From Butyrivibrio sp. (GTDB lineage Bacteria; Bacillota; Clostridia; Lachnospirales; Lachnospiraceae): DNA of 64,000 nt. Made by a program: the position numbers and the translations under genes. The stretch spans positions 6,397 through 70,396 of the forward strand of contig SVFZ01000120.1 of NCBI GenBank assembly GCA_015056585.1, written 5' to 3'. Below the pieces are notes generated by a model. The model saw nothing but the letters and a program-made list of their open reading frames with translations, was not told the DNA's origin and ran no database searches. Below are positions 38,006 through 48,144 of the stretch, piece by piece (the stretch's first letter is position 1; each line of letters starts with the position of its first letter).

Positions 38006-39009
38006 TGGATATTAAAAAAATACGTATAAAGCTACTGTTTCTTTTAATGATCCTTCTGATTCTCTTTATCCTTGCTATATGCGTTGGGAGATATGGAATA
38101 TCACCTGTTGATGTGATAAGAGCGCTTACCTTTGATGACACTATGGATCCCCTGATCAAAAATGTTGTACTTCAGGTAAGACTTCCAAGAATCCTTATGA
38201 GTATGATTGTCGGAGCAGGCCTTGCCTGCTCTGGCGCTTCATATCAGTGTATTTTCGGAAACCCTCTGGTAAGTCCTGATATTCTGGGAGTATCTGCCGG
38301 AGCAGGTTTTGGCGCTGCTCTTGGGATATTGCTTTCCGGCAGTGCTGTTGTCGTTCAGGGACAGGCACTTTTTTTCGGACTTATTGCTGTAGTTATCGTG
38401 TTGTGTATATCAAGGGTAAATAAAAAGACGGAGCTTTTTATGCTGGTATTATCAGGTGTAATTGTGGGGGCCTTTTTTGAGGCTCTTATTTCACTGGTAA
38501 AATATGTGGCTGATCCGCAGAATACTCTTCCGGCTATTACCGTGTGGCTCATGGGAAGTCTTGCATCCGTATCCTATCAAAAGGTCATTATCTGCTCGGT
38601 TACTATACTCCCGTGTACTGTGGCACTGATGACCCTTAGATGGAAGATGAATCTTATGTCCCTTGATGATGAAGAGGCAATTTCCATGGGAGTTAATGTG
38701 GAAAGAGTTCGACTTATCATAATAGTCATATCTACTCTTATGACTGCGGTTTCAGTATCTTTGTGCGGAATAATCGGATGGATTGGTCTTGTTATCCCGC
38801 ATATCGGAAGATTTATTGTGGGGGATGACCACAGAGGGCTTATTCCTGCCTGTGTGATCATAGGGGCAGGATATCTTTTGGTAATTGATTCGGTTGCAAG
38901 AACATTAACAGCAGCAGAATTGCCGCTTTCTATACTTACTGCAATGGTCGGAGCACCGTTCTTTGGTGTGATGCTTAGAAAAACAATGGGAAATGGAGGA
39001 AATGGCTGA
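38005..39009 (+). CDS. FecCD/BtuC family permease
   Basis: VRLPRI, NPLVSPDILGVSAGA, WLMGSL, GIIGWIGLVIPHI, ELPLSILTA. Confidence 0.93.
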   Translation: MDIKKIRIKLLFLLMILLILFILAICVGRYGISPVDVIRALTFDDTMDPLIKNVVLQVRLPRILMSMIVGAGLACSGASYQCIFGNPLVSPDILGVSAGAGFGAALGILLSGSAVVVQGQALFFGLIAVVIVLCISRVNKKTELFMLVLSGVIVGAFFEALISLVKYVADPQNTLPAITVWLMGSLASVSYQKVIICSVTILPCTVALMTLRWKMNLMSLDDEEAISMGVNVERVRLIIIVISTLMTAVSVSLCGIIGWIGLVIPHIGRFIVGDDHRGLIPACVIIGAGYLLVIDSVARTLTAAELPLSILTAMVGAPFFGVMLRKTMGNGGNG

Positions 39010-39797
39010 TGAAGCTTGAGGTCAGAAATGGTTCGTTTGGTTATGGCGATAAGCTTATCCTTAAGGATATCAATTTTGAAGTTGGAGAAAAGACAATAAT
39101 GACAGTCCTTGGTCCCAACGGTGTCGGAAAAACTACGATGCTCAAGTGCATCATGGGATTTCTTAAGTGGACAAAGGGAGACAATTATCTGGACGGAAGA
39201 AGAATAGGCTCTTATACGGATAAGGAGTTCTGGAGAAAAACCAGTTATGTCCCCCAGGCAAAGAGAAGTGTCTTTTCCTACAGATGCATCGATATGGTTG
39301 TTATGGGACTTAGCTCAAGGCAGAACTTTTTTGACACACCATCAAAAGAGGACTACAAAAAGGCAGAGGCTGTCATGGATATGCTTGGAATAAGCGACCT
39401 GTCCGAAAAGCATTGTAATGCGCTATCCGGAGGAGAACTCCAGATGATCATGATCGCAAGAGCAATCATTTCCGAGCCCGAGCTTATTATCCTGGATGAG
39501 CCGGAATCAAATCTGGATATGAAAAATCAGCTTCGGGTCATCGACTCAATAGTTAATATTACAAGGAAGATGGGGACAAGCTGCCTTATAAATACGCATT
39601 TCCCTGACCACGCGCTTTCAATTTCTGACACAACACTTATGCTTGGCTATAATAATCAGCTGCTTCTTGGAAGAACAGAGGACATTGTGACAGAAGAGAA
39701 TATTCAGAGATTCTTTAATGTATGCTCGAAGATCGTCTCTTTCAACATAAGCTCAGAGGAGTACAGAACTATTTTCCCATATAAGGTTGCGAAGTGA
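39009..39797 (+). CDS. Iron-chelate ABC ATP-binding subunit
   Basis: GPNGVGKTT, LSGGELQM, LDEPESNLD, THFPDHA. Confidence 0.93.
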   Translation: MKLEVRNGSFGYGDKLILKDINFEVGEKTIMTVLGPNGVGKTTMLKCIMGFLKWTKGDNYLDGRRIGSYTDKEFWRKTSYVPQAKRSVFSYRCIDMVVMGLSSRQNFFDTPSKEDYKKAEAVMDMLGISDLSEKHCNALSGGELQMIMIARAIISEPELIILDEPESNLDMKNQLRVIDSIVNITRKMGTSCLINTHFPDHALSISDTTLMLGYNNQLLLGRTEDIVTEENIQRFFNVCSKIVSFNISSEEYRTIFPYKVAK

Positions 39798-39893
39798 AAT
39801 TTGGCATTATTTATATGCTTAGTATGCGTTAAAAGTGGTACCAATACAAATAAACCTGGGTGACATTGAAACTAGTAAGAACTGGATATGATA

Positions 39894-39932
39894 AGGCCGG
39901 AAACATCTGTCGATGCTCCCGGCCTGTTTTTT
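39894..39932. terminator. Terminator between convergent ABC and xylanase genes
   Basis: AGGCCGG...CCGGCCT stem followed by GTTTTTT. Confidence 0.65.
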
Positions 39933-39967
39933 GTTGTGGTATTTTTGACTGATTAAACTAGTTTGTT

Positions 39968-42310
39968 TTAATTATTTGCATTTGACCAGATCTTGTACTC
40001 TACGTTAGGGTTAACTCCCTTTTTCTCAAAGAGCTCGCTTACTGTAACGAAAGTGTAGCCCTGTTTCTGGAGATTCTCGATGATCTGAGGCAGAGCCTGT
40101 ACTGTCTGATAGTTGCCCTGGAAGTCGTGAAGAAGGATGATCTGTCCGTCTTTTGCAGCACTAACAGCGTTGTTTACTCTTTGCTGTACAGATGTTGAGT
40201 TTTCCCAGTCGTTGATAAGAGTTCCCTGGATAAATGGGTAATCAATATTCTGGTACATTGTGTTGTTAACAGAAATGTAAGGTGGTCTGAAGAACTTTAC
40301 TTCTGCACCTACAGCATTCTTGATGGCTGAGGATGTCCACTCCATCTCGTTTCTGATGCCCTGTGCGCTCATATTTGTCATATCCTGATGAGTATATGAG
40401 TGGCTGGCAAGCTCACATCCCATTTTAATCTGTCTCTGCATAGTTGAGAGTGTGTCCATGCTGATGTTCTGTCCGATGAGGAAGAATGTAGCTTTTACAT
40501 TGTACTTCTCAAGGATATCAAGGACATCATTTGTTGTGCTTGATGGACCGTCGTCAAAAGTAAGAGCGATGAGCTTCTGATTTGCTGCGGAAGTCTGAGT
40601 ATTTCCTGTATTGTTACCTGTGTTTGCAGCAGAGTTGTTTCCACCTGTTCCTGCGCCGCCGATCTTGAGGTAATCAATGTATGCATCCCACTGTCCGTCG
40701 TCAGCTGTGACAATAAGCTCGATGGTCTGATTGCCTGTACCATGGCTTACATTCTTGATGGTGTATTCAGCAGGATAAGATCCGCCGTAGTAGAATGTAC
40801 CCTTTGTTTCGCCGCCGATCTTAAGATCAACCCTTGCCATGTTGTCGTTGTTCGAGCATCCGCGGAGAGTGAAGTCATGAGTTCCGTTTGCGAAATACTG
40901 TGTATAAGAAACCTTGTCATTGTTGCCGTAAAGAGCAACACCGCCAAATGGACTGTTGATGTTTCCGGTGTACTGTCCGCCCTTTGTCATCTCTTCGCAC
41001 TGCATTGTGTCAGAGCTTGCTGTCGGCTGGCTTCCTGTATTTCCGGAGTTGCCACCCTGGCTTCCTGTGTTTCCGGTGTTTCCACCCTGACTTCCTGTAT
41101 TGCCTGTGTTGCTTGCATTTCCACCCTGGTTGCCGCCTGCATTCTGTGCACTTTCGCCTGCAGCTCCGCCAATCTTGAGGTAATCGATGTTTGCATCCCA
41201 CTGTCCGTCATCAGCTGTGACAATAAGCTCGATGGTCTGATTGCCTGTACCATGGCTTACATTCTTGATGGTGTATTCAGCAGGGTAAGATCCGCCGTAG
41301 TAGAATGTACCCTTTGTTTCGCCGCCGATCTTAAGATCAACCCTTGCCATGTTGTCGTTGTTTGAGCATCCACGGAGAGTGAAATCATGAGTTCCGTTTG
41401 CAAAATACTGTGTATAGGAAACTTTGTCATTGTTAGCATAAAGAGCAACGCCGCCAAATGGATTGTTGATGTTTCCGGTGTACTGGCCACCCTTTGTCAT
41501 CTCTTCACACTGAACGATAGTGTCGTTTCCGGATGCCTGGCTTCCTGTATTGCCGCCCTGGTTTCCACCCTGGTTGCCACCTTGATTTCCACCCTGGTTC
41601 TGGTTATTGGAAGATCCGCCGATAGTCATAACGTTCTTATATACATTTGCAGAACCGCTGCTCTGGTATCCTTCAACATTAAGAGCTGCCTCATAGATCT
41701 TACCAACTCTCATGCCCATTCTTTCCCAGGCCTTAAAGTGCTCGCTTACGCTGATAACACCGCTGGTTCTCTTTGATGTTCGAACGCTGAAATACTGCTG
41801 GAATGTTGTATTGCCCTGAATTGAAGGCTGATTGTAACGAGTTGTCTCGTAAACGTCATAAGTTCCGCCATCTACCTGTATCTGACCCTTTGGAGTCCCT
41901 CCCGGTGGACGCCATGAGCCCCAACTGTCTACGATATAATACTCTACTAAAGGATCTGTGGTCCATCCATAAACACACAGATATGAATTTCCGTTTGGAC
42001 GATAGTCAGCACCGTAGTCAAAAGAAATGTTGCCGATCTGCTGATAGGTCTGATTACTTCCAAACTTCTTACCTTTTCTGAAAAGACAGTTATTGATGTT
42101 ACTCCACTGACAACTAAAAGTTCCCCCCTCGTTTAGTGTCATGCTTGTGTTTCCGCTGTCTTTCCACAGTTCGTAGTCATAACCGTCCTGAGTGCCGGTC
42201 TTGTTCTCATAAAGAGTAGTAGCCGCCTGAACCTTCACAGAAGGAGTAAGAAGCGAAACACTCATGAGGACAGCCATGACAACTGCTTTAAGTCCGCCTT
42301 TTTTCACCAA
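39968..42310 (-). CDS. Secreted modular xylanase: GH11 + 2x CBM36 + CE4 deacetylase
   Basis: Signal peptide; GH11 [11 protein letters not shown] and [11 protein letters not shown]; two GGVALY.NNDKVSY modules; CE4 LTFDDGP, HSYTH, FRPPY, ILLHD. Confidence 0.92.
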   Translation of the reverse strand: MVKKGGLKAVVMAVLMSVSLLTPSVKVQAATTLYENKTGTQDGYDYELWKDSGNTSMTLNEGGTFSCQWSNINNCLFRKGKKFGSNQTYQQIGNISFDYGADYRPNGNSYLCVYGWTTDPLVEYYIVDSWGSWRPPGGTPKGQIQVDGGTYDVYETTRYNQPSIQGNTTFQQYFSVRTSKRTSGVISVSEHFKAWERMGMRVGKIYEAALNVEGYQSSGSANVYKNVMTIGGSSNNQNQGGNQGGNQGGNQGGNTGSQASGNDTIVQCEEMTKGGQYTGNINNPFGGVALYANNDKVSYTQYFANGTHDFTLRGCSNNDNMARVDLKIGGETKGTFYYGGSYPAEYTIKNVSHGTGNQTIELIVTADDGQWDANIDYLKIGGAAGESAQNAGGNQGGNASNTGNTGSQGGNTGNTGSQGGNSGNTGSQPTASSDTMQCEEMTKGGQYTGNINSPFGGVALYGNNDKVSYTQYFANGTHDFTLRGCSNNDNMARVDLKIGGETKGTFYYGGSYPAEYTIKNVSHGTGNQTIELIVTADDGQWDAYIDYLKIGGAGTGGNNSAANTGNNTGNTQTSAANQKLIALTFDDGPSSTTNDVLDILEKYNVKATFFLIGQNISMDTLSTMQRQIKMGCELASHSYTHQDMTNMSAQGIRNEMEWTSSAIKNAVGAEVKFFRPPYISVNNTMYQNIDYPFIQGTLINDWENSTSVQQRVNNAVSAAKDGQIILLHDFQGNYQTVQALPQIIENLQKQGYTFVTVSELFEKKGVNPNVEYKIWSNANN
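40655..41512. repeat. Two near-identical ~350 bp CBM36 copies 510 bp apart, separated by 30-bp tandem linker repeats
   Basis: 40655-41002 vs 41165-41512, about 20 differences by eye; GSQGGN.GNT repeats at 41031-41120. Confidence 0.9.
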
Positions 42311-42717
42311 ATTACCTCCTCTCTTTATTTATGCCACAACAAAAGGTGAAAGATAGAGTGTTGCTCTATTGATAAAAGAGCAACGTTCCTTTGATACTTT
42401 TAATATAGCCGAAAAAGTTGTACGAATTAATGTAAAAGTTTTACTTTTTTAAGCACAATTTTTACTTTTTTTACATTTTATTAACGTTTTGTTTAGAATT
42501 GTTGTGCAAAAATCACTTTGATTACTGAAAATAAAAGTAAAAAGTTCAGCAATCTGCATATGAATTATTGAAATTAATAAGCGGGTGTTTGTGCTATACT
42601 ATGGACGGGGTTGGCGAAGTATGGATTTGTGTTTTGAGCAGGATATATAAATATATGATTATCAGTGAAGAATTGTTTTTTGTTTGGCAATAATTTAGAA
42701 ATGAAGGTTTAGTTTTA

Positions 42718-43095
42718 ATGAAATTGTTTAAGAAAAATGATTTGATACTTATTGGAGCTTTGCTTATAGGATTTCTTCTTATGATTTGTTTCCTTTATTT
42801 TGGAAAAAAAGGCGGAGCTTATGCGGTGGTCAGTGTTGACGGGCAGGAAGTTATTTCTTTTTCCCTTGAAGAGGATATCGAATACGAAATAAAAGGCTAT
42901 GAAGGCGGGACTAATACTCTGATAATTAAGGATGGAAAGGCTTATCTTACAGATTCCACCTGCCCGGACCATCTTTGCGAACATATGGGAGTAATTGATA
43001 AAGTGGGGCAGTCCATAATCTGCCTCCCCAACCGGGTAGTTGTGGAAATCAGCGGAAGCAGCGGGGACGCGGAATTCGATTCGATTTCGTCCTAA
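42718..43095 (+). CDS. NusG domain II (DUF1312, EetA-like) membrane protein
   Basis: N-terminal TM; AVVSVDG, STCPDHLC, IICLPNRVVVEI. Confidence 0.85.
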   Translation: MKLFKKNDLILIGALLIGFLLMICFLYFGKKGGAYAVVSVDGQEVISFSLEEDIEYEIKGYEGGTNTLIIKDGKAYLTDSTCPDHLCEHMGVIDKVGQSIICLPNRVVVEISGSSGDAEFDSISS

Positions 43096-43108
43096 GGATA
43101 GGATTTGC

Positions 43109-43132
43109 GAAAATGTCATAAGTGACATTTTC
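43109..43132. repeat. Perfect 10-bp inverted repeat GAAAATGTCA-TAAG-TGACATTTTC
   Basis: Intergenic, seen directly; role (hairpin or operator) unknown. Confidence 0.5.
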
Positions 43133-43203
43133 AAAATACTTGTACTAAGGAACTGTAGCGAAATAATTTGAACATTTTGCTAAAGCTCATAAAGAGGATA
43201 TTT

Positions 43204-43695
43204 ATGACAATCAGAAAAATTTCTCAATACGGAATGATGGTAGCGCTCGCGCTGATAATGAGTTACATAGAAGCTCAGATACCTGCTTTTTTTGCTGTGC
43301 CCGGAATGAAGCTGGGCCTCACTAATATTGTGGTTGTGGTTTCGTTGTACCTGCTTGGAAGCAAAAGCGCGATGTTTATCAATATAGTACGTATTATTCT
43401 TGTTTCGCTTCTTTTTGGAAATACCATGAGTCTTGCCTTTTCGTTTGCGGGAGGTATGCTAAGCACTTTGATCATGATCATCCTGAAAAAAAGCGGTAAA
43501 TTCAGCACCGTTGGTGTCAGTGCAGCCGGCGGTATCACACATAACATCGGACAGATTCTTGTGGCAATCTTTCTTCTTAATACCAGTGCAATTACATGGT
43601 ACCTTCCAATTCTCTGGATATCAGGCATCGTCTCCGGAATTGTAATAGGAATCATCGCTGGAATTGTCACAAGCAGATTGGCGGAAGCTTCCTGA
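43204..43695 (+). CDS. Gx transporter family protein (EetB-like)
   Basis: SYIEAQIP..PGMKLGLTN, SAAGGITHNIGQI. Confidence 0.88.
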   Translation: MTIRKISQYGMMVALALIMSYIEAQIPAFFAVPGMKLGLTNIVVVVSLYLLGSKSAMFINIVRIILVSLLFGNTMSLAFSFAGGMLSTLIMIILKKSGKFSTVGVSAAGGITHNIGQILVAIFLLNTSAITWYLPILWISGIVSGIVIGIIAGIVTSRLAEAS

Positions 43696-44245
43696 TTTTG
43701 TTTCAATAACAATTCTTTCTTATGATCCATTTGACGCCGGAGATATGTATTATGAGACTAATACAATTTTATCAACGCATCCGCAAATACTATACAATGA
43801 TGGAATTTCTCATATATATTTATACAGTAACGGGAATATAAATAAGTCATTATCACCTTCGCATGGAAAACGACTTATGGAAGTGCTAAAATACATAGTA
43901 TCAGGGGAGAAACCTGATGTACTAAATCCTGAAATTAGTAGCCTCGAAACTATCGTGTCAAAAATTAAGAAAAGACCGGAGGTAACCAAGAAATATATGC
44001 AGCAATGGGATAGAGAAAGAATTCTTGTGCAGGAGGCAATGGCTGAAGGAAAAGAGCAAGGAAAAGAATTGGCGATTATAGCTAAAATTTGTAAAAAGCT
44101 TCTCAAAGGGAAAAGCATTGAAACAATTGCTTCGGAGATTGAAGAGCAAGAATCTTTTGTCAAGGAAATCTGCACTATAGCTGAAAGATTTCTTCCTGAT
44201 TGTGACGAAGACGCAATTTACGATGAATGGAAGAAAAAAAACTGA
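43688..44245 (+). pseudogene. 5'-truncated Rpn/PD-(D/E)XK family gene; C-terminal part intact
   Basis: KLPDFVSITILSYDPF...YLYSNG...VKKRPEVTKKYM...EGKEQG; N-terminal nuclease domain absent, sequence begins inside the Gx gene's 3' end. Confidence 0.65.
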
Positions 44246-44259
44246 AACATTACGAAGCC

Positions 44260-44311
44260 GGGGGCTATCGCTTAGAATGATTAAATCACTAGGCGATGCC
44301 CCCCTTTCTTT
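44260..44311 (+). terminator. Intrinsic terminator
   Basis: GGGGGCTATCGCTTAG...CTAGGCGATGCCCCC then TTTCTTTT. Confidence 0.65.
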
Positions 44312-44487
44312 TAGACATCAATCTTTTACCGAGACTATTTTTCAGTTTCAAATTCACAACATTTAATATATTTTTAATAGAATATTGCATCAACGTATTG
44401 GATAATTATACTTATGATAGCGAAAATGATTTTTTCATAGTTCATTTCGCACATAACTAAGCAGTCTGAAAAACCGGGGGTTTCTTA

Positions 44488-46596
44488 ATGACAAAAAAGA
44501 TAGTTGCACTGGTTCTGTCAATTTCCATTACTATAATTTCATCTGCTTGTGGCGCGCCGGATTTAGGCAAGCTTGACAATCCAAAAGAAAACGCGAAAGG
44601 CTCCAGGCTGGGCAGCACTATAGGCTGGATCGACTCTGATATCATCGGAGCCATTGATGAAAACGATAACATAAGGCTGGAGGACGACTATGCTGCTGCA
44701 GTGAATAAAGAGTGGAAGCTCAGTATGGGAGATACCTTCCATCAGGTATTTCAGGGAACTGCAGACAGAGTTCTTGAGAAGAAAAAGCAGGCTGTTATCA
44801 ACTCAGATATCGAAGGCGTTGAGGCTAAGGTTCTCAGGGACTATTACAATCTTGCATCCGACTGGGACTACAAAAACAAGCTGGGCATCGAACCGCTAAA
44901 GCCCTATCTTAATGACATTGAGTCCATAAAAAGCTATGAAGACCTTATGGCTTTTACCAAGGATCTTGAGCGTAACCCTCTGGCTTTCGGCCCGATATCT
45001 GTAGATATTTTAAGTGCCTACCACTCTGAAAAGTTCCCGGACTGCTTTATCACAATAATCGGAGCACCGGAGCTGTCCTTAAGCGATTATGGTGGAAGTT
45101 CCCTGTATGATTCACTTGGAGATACAGCCGGATTTGCAGCTTATGAAGCCCTTGAGGACAGAGCGATATATCTTCTGGGACGAGCAGGATACACGGAAAA
45201 AGACGCAAAAAAAATCCTTCAGAACAGCCTCTCCTGGGAAAAGAAAGTTGCCAGAGCCGATGACACCGGCGGCATATCAAAGGTAGACTCTGCACTTACC
45301 ACAAAAAAAGAAGCAATGCAAAAAGCAGGAGACTTTCCTTTGGAGGAAATCATAGATTCCTGGGGCTTTAGTAGTGCAAGAGCAGTACTTATTCCATCAG
45401 GCTATGCCAAAAAACTTTCATCCCTATGGAGCAAAAGAAATCTCGAAAAAATAAAGGACTATCTTCTTTTAAGATATGCTTTTCATTCTGCAAAGTTTTT
45501 GGACAGGGAAGCTTATGACACATATGCAGAGCTTGGAGCCTCCAGGAGCCAGAAAGAAATTGATTTTGGCAAGAGCCCGCAGCAGATGGAGGATGAACTG
45601 ATCTTTGGCCTTTATATCGGACAGACCGGAATAAGCGGAGCAATGGACTATGTATACTTAAAGAACTACTTTGATGACTCTGTTACAGGAGAACTGGTTA
45701 GCATGACCCGGGATGTAATAGATGCTTACAAGGTAATCTTCAGCGAGGAAGAATGGCTGTCGGATGAGGGTAAAAAAGCCTGTCTTGAAAAGCTCGATGC
45801 CATCAGCATCAACGTTGCATGGCCATCTTTTGAAGCTCTTGACTATAACAACATGCAATTTACGGCAAAAGAGGATGGCGGAAATTTCCTTGATGCATAT
45901 TTTGAAGCAAACAGATTTGAGATAGCACACAAGGCATATATTTCGCAGATGCAGTACAGCGCTGATTACTGGGAGCCTCTTGGCCAGGATAACTCCACAA
46001 CCGTTACCAATGCCTATTACAATCCAAACACCAACGGAATATACATTTTGGCCGGAATATGTGAATATCCGGCATATTCACCTGAACTGACTTATGAGGA
46101 AAAACTTGGCGGACTTTTTGCCATAGTCGGTCATGAGATCACTCATGGATTTGACGAGAACGGTTCTTTATACGACAAGGAGGGAATGGAAAAGAGCTGG
46201 CTTCCTGAAGAAGATAAGACTGCATTTGCTGACAGATGTGACAAAGTGGCATCCTACTATGATACATTTACTCCTTTTGCCGGAGCGGGGCTCTATGATG
46301 GAAAGCTTGTGAGTGCCGAAGCTACAGCAGATATGGGCGGCATAAAAGCAATGCTTACTCTTGCAAAGCAAAAGCCTGATTTTGATTACGATCTTTTCTT
46401 CAGATCATATGCAAGGAACTACAGAGTAAATATTCCGTATGATGTTGAGAAATATTTTTTAAGTGATGTACATCCGCTTGGTTTCTATAGAGTCAATATA
46501 GGACTCCAGCAGTTCGATGAGTTCATTGAAACTTATGGAATAAAAGAGGGAGACGGAATGTACCTGGATCCTGAAAATAGAGTGAGCGTCTGGTAA
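44488..46596 (+). CDS. M13 family zinc metallopeptidase, lipoprotein
   Basis: Lipobox SSAC; NAYY, GHEITHGFD, EATAD, HP..RVN. Confidence 0.9.
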   Translation: MTKKIVALVLSISITIISSACGAPDLGKLDNPKENAKGSRLGSTIGWIDSDIIGAIDENDNIRLEDDYAAAVNKEWKLSMGDTFHQVFQGTADRVLEKKKQAVINSDIEGVEAKVLRDYYNLASDWDYKNKLGIEPLKPYLNDIESIKSYEDLMAFTKDLERNPLAFGPISVDILSAYHSEKFPDCFITIIGAPELSLSDYGGSSLYDSLGDTAGFAAYEALEDRAIYLLGRAGYTEKDAKKILQNSLSWEKKVARADDTGGISKVDSALTTKKEAMQKAGDFPLEEIIDSWGFSSARAVLIPSGYAKKLSSLWSKRNLEKIKDYLLLRYAFHSAKFLDREAYDTYAELGASRSQKEIDFGKSPQQMEDELIFGLYIGQTGISGAMDYVYLKNYFDDSVTGELVSMTRDVIDAYKVIFSEEEWLSDEGKKACLEKLDAISINVAWPSFEALDYNNMQFTAKEDGGNFLDAYFEANRFEIAHKAYISQMQYSADYWEPLGQDNSTTVTNAYYNPNTNGIYILAGICEYPAYSPELTYEEKLGGLFAIVGHEITHGFDENGSLYDKEGMEKSWLPEEDKTAFADRCDKVASYYDTFTPFAGAGLYDGKLVSAEATADMGGIKAMLTLAKQKPDFDYDLFFRSYARNYRVNIPYDVEKYFLSDVHPLGFYRVNIGLQQFDEFIETYGIKEGDGMYLDPENRVSVW

Positions 46597-46612
46597 GGGA
46601 GGGATAGCAGCA

Positions 46613-47434
46613 ATGAGCGAATCTGTTATTAAACTTGAAGATGTCAGGAAAGCATACGGAAAACACGAAGTACTAAAGGGTGTAAACATGAACGTCCAAA
46701 AGGGCGATATATATGGCCTGATCGGTAGAAACGGCGCCGGCAAGACCACAATTTTCAAAATGATTCTGGGGCTCTCCGAAGTAAATTCCGGAAATGTCTC
46801 AATAGAAGGCTCCACCGACAAAAAGGAACTTTTAAAGAACAGATCCAAGATCGGATTCCTTGTAGGAACCAGGTTTTACAACTATTTAAATGCAGAAAAA
46901 AACCTGCTTTATTTCGCTACTGTTAAGGGTATCCCCAGAAGAGAGAGAAAAGCAGAGATAAAGAGGGTTCTTGAGATAGTGGGACTAAAGGGGGTAAAAA
47001 AGCCGGTTAAGTCCTTCTCGCTTGGAATGCAGCAGAGACTGGGAATAGCAAATGCCATATTGGGGAATCCGGATATCCTTATCCTGGACGAGCCCACGAA
47101 CGGCCTGGATCCACAGGGAATTGCCGACATACGTAATCTGATAAAGAAGCTCCGCGATGAGAACAACATGACAGTAATTGTTTCTTCCCACATTTTGGGC
47201 GAGCTTGAACACACGGCGGATCGTTTTGGAATCGTGAATGAAGGAATAGTGGTAAAAGAGATAACGCAGATGGATCTTCAGGAGAATCAGCCGGCAGTTG
47301 AGATTGCGGTCGATGACCTTGTCAGGGCAAAAGAGGTGCTGGAAAATGCAGGCATTAAGATAATTCGTGAAGTTAATGAGAAGTCTTCTCTTGAAGATTT
47401 CTATTTCCGTCTTGTGGGAGGATCAGCTGAATGA
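46613..47434 (+). CDS. ABC ATP-binding protein (BcrA/lantibiotic-immunity type)
   Basis: GRNGAGKTT, FSLGMQQRLGIA, LDEPTNGLDPQG, SSHIL. Confidence 0.9.
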   Translation: MSESVIKLEDVRKAYGKHEVLKGVNMNVQKGDIYGLIGRNGAGKTTIFKMILGLSEVNSGNVSIEGSTDKKELLKNRSKIGFLVGTRFYNYLNAEKNLLYFATVKGIPRRERKAEIKRVLEIVGLKGVKKPVKSFSLGMQQRLGIANAILGNPDILILDEPTNGLDPQGIADIRNLIKKLRDENNMTVIVSSHILGELEHTADRFGIVNEGIVVKEITQMDLQENQPAVEIAVDDLVRAKEVLENAGIKIIREVNEKSSLEDFYFRLVGGSAE

Positions 47435-48144
47435 GAAATCTTATTAAGGCAGATCTAAAAAGAATACTTTCAAAGAAAGGCCTTTATGCTTCGCTTATTT
47501 TAATGATCCTGATAACTATCTTCCCGGGATCTAAAAGATCGGCTTCTGAACAGATTGAGTCTTATAAGACTTTATTTAATACCATTGGCCTTACAATTAT
47601 GTGCATCCCGATTTTTCTGTCAGTATATGGAGATGAGCTCAGAAGCGGAACAATGATCACAACAATCGGAATGGGGCTTCATCGCCACAAGCTGGTTAAG
47701 GCAAAACTGTGGGTATGCACAATACTTCTCCTTGGGTCATACAGTGTATTATATGGAACAGCTCTTTTTAAATTTTATTTAGATGATCTTGTGATCACAG
47801 AGAAGCAAAGTTTATTTTTGTTTATATATTGCCTTTACTGCGTTATACGCGGCGTTGGTATATTTGCACTCTCATCCCTTGTGCTTTTTGTCAGCATGAG
47901 CGCAGCAGGAGGAATGCTTATGCTGGTTCTGGCAGGAATGGCATCATCTCCAATCTTAAAGGGATTTCAAGACAAACTTAAGCTTCCTTTTTATGACATC
48001 AGCTATATGGGCCTTCTCGACGCTTCATTTGCAAGTTTTCAGGCAGGAGGTTTTGGCGGAACTTTGATCGTGGCACTTATTTATCTGGCAATAGTGATCT
48101 ACATTAACGTGAAATTATTCGACAGAAAGGAGCTGAATCTATGA
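47431..48144 (+). CDS. ABC-2 type permease
   Basis: Six hydrophobic segments; overlaps ATPase stop. Confidence 0.75.
   Translation: MRNLIKADLKRILSKKGLYASLILMILITIFPGSKRSASEQIESYKTLFNTIGLTIMCIPIFLSVYGDELRSGTMITTIGMGLHRHKLVKAKLWVCTILLLGSYSVLYGTALFKFYLDDLVITEKQSLFLFIYCLYCVIRGVGIFALSSLVLFVSMSAAGGMLMLVLAGMASSPILKGFQDKLKLPFYDISYMGLLDASFASFQAGGFGGTLIVALIYLAIVIYINVKLFDRKELNL

Noticed and set aside
41031-41120. Tandem repeats as a possible CRISPR array
   Set aside because: In-frame coding linker repeats without unique spacers; no cas genes. The same applies to the (EP)n tract at 63869-63990
42439-42543. TTTTACTTTT repeats upstream of the xylanase as AraC-type sites
   Set aside because: Plausible (21-bp spacing) but indistinguishable by eye from low-complexity AT-rich background
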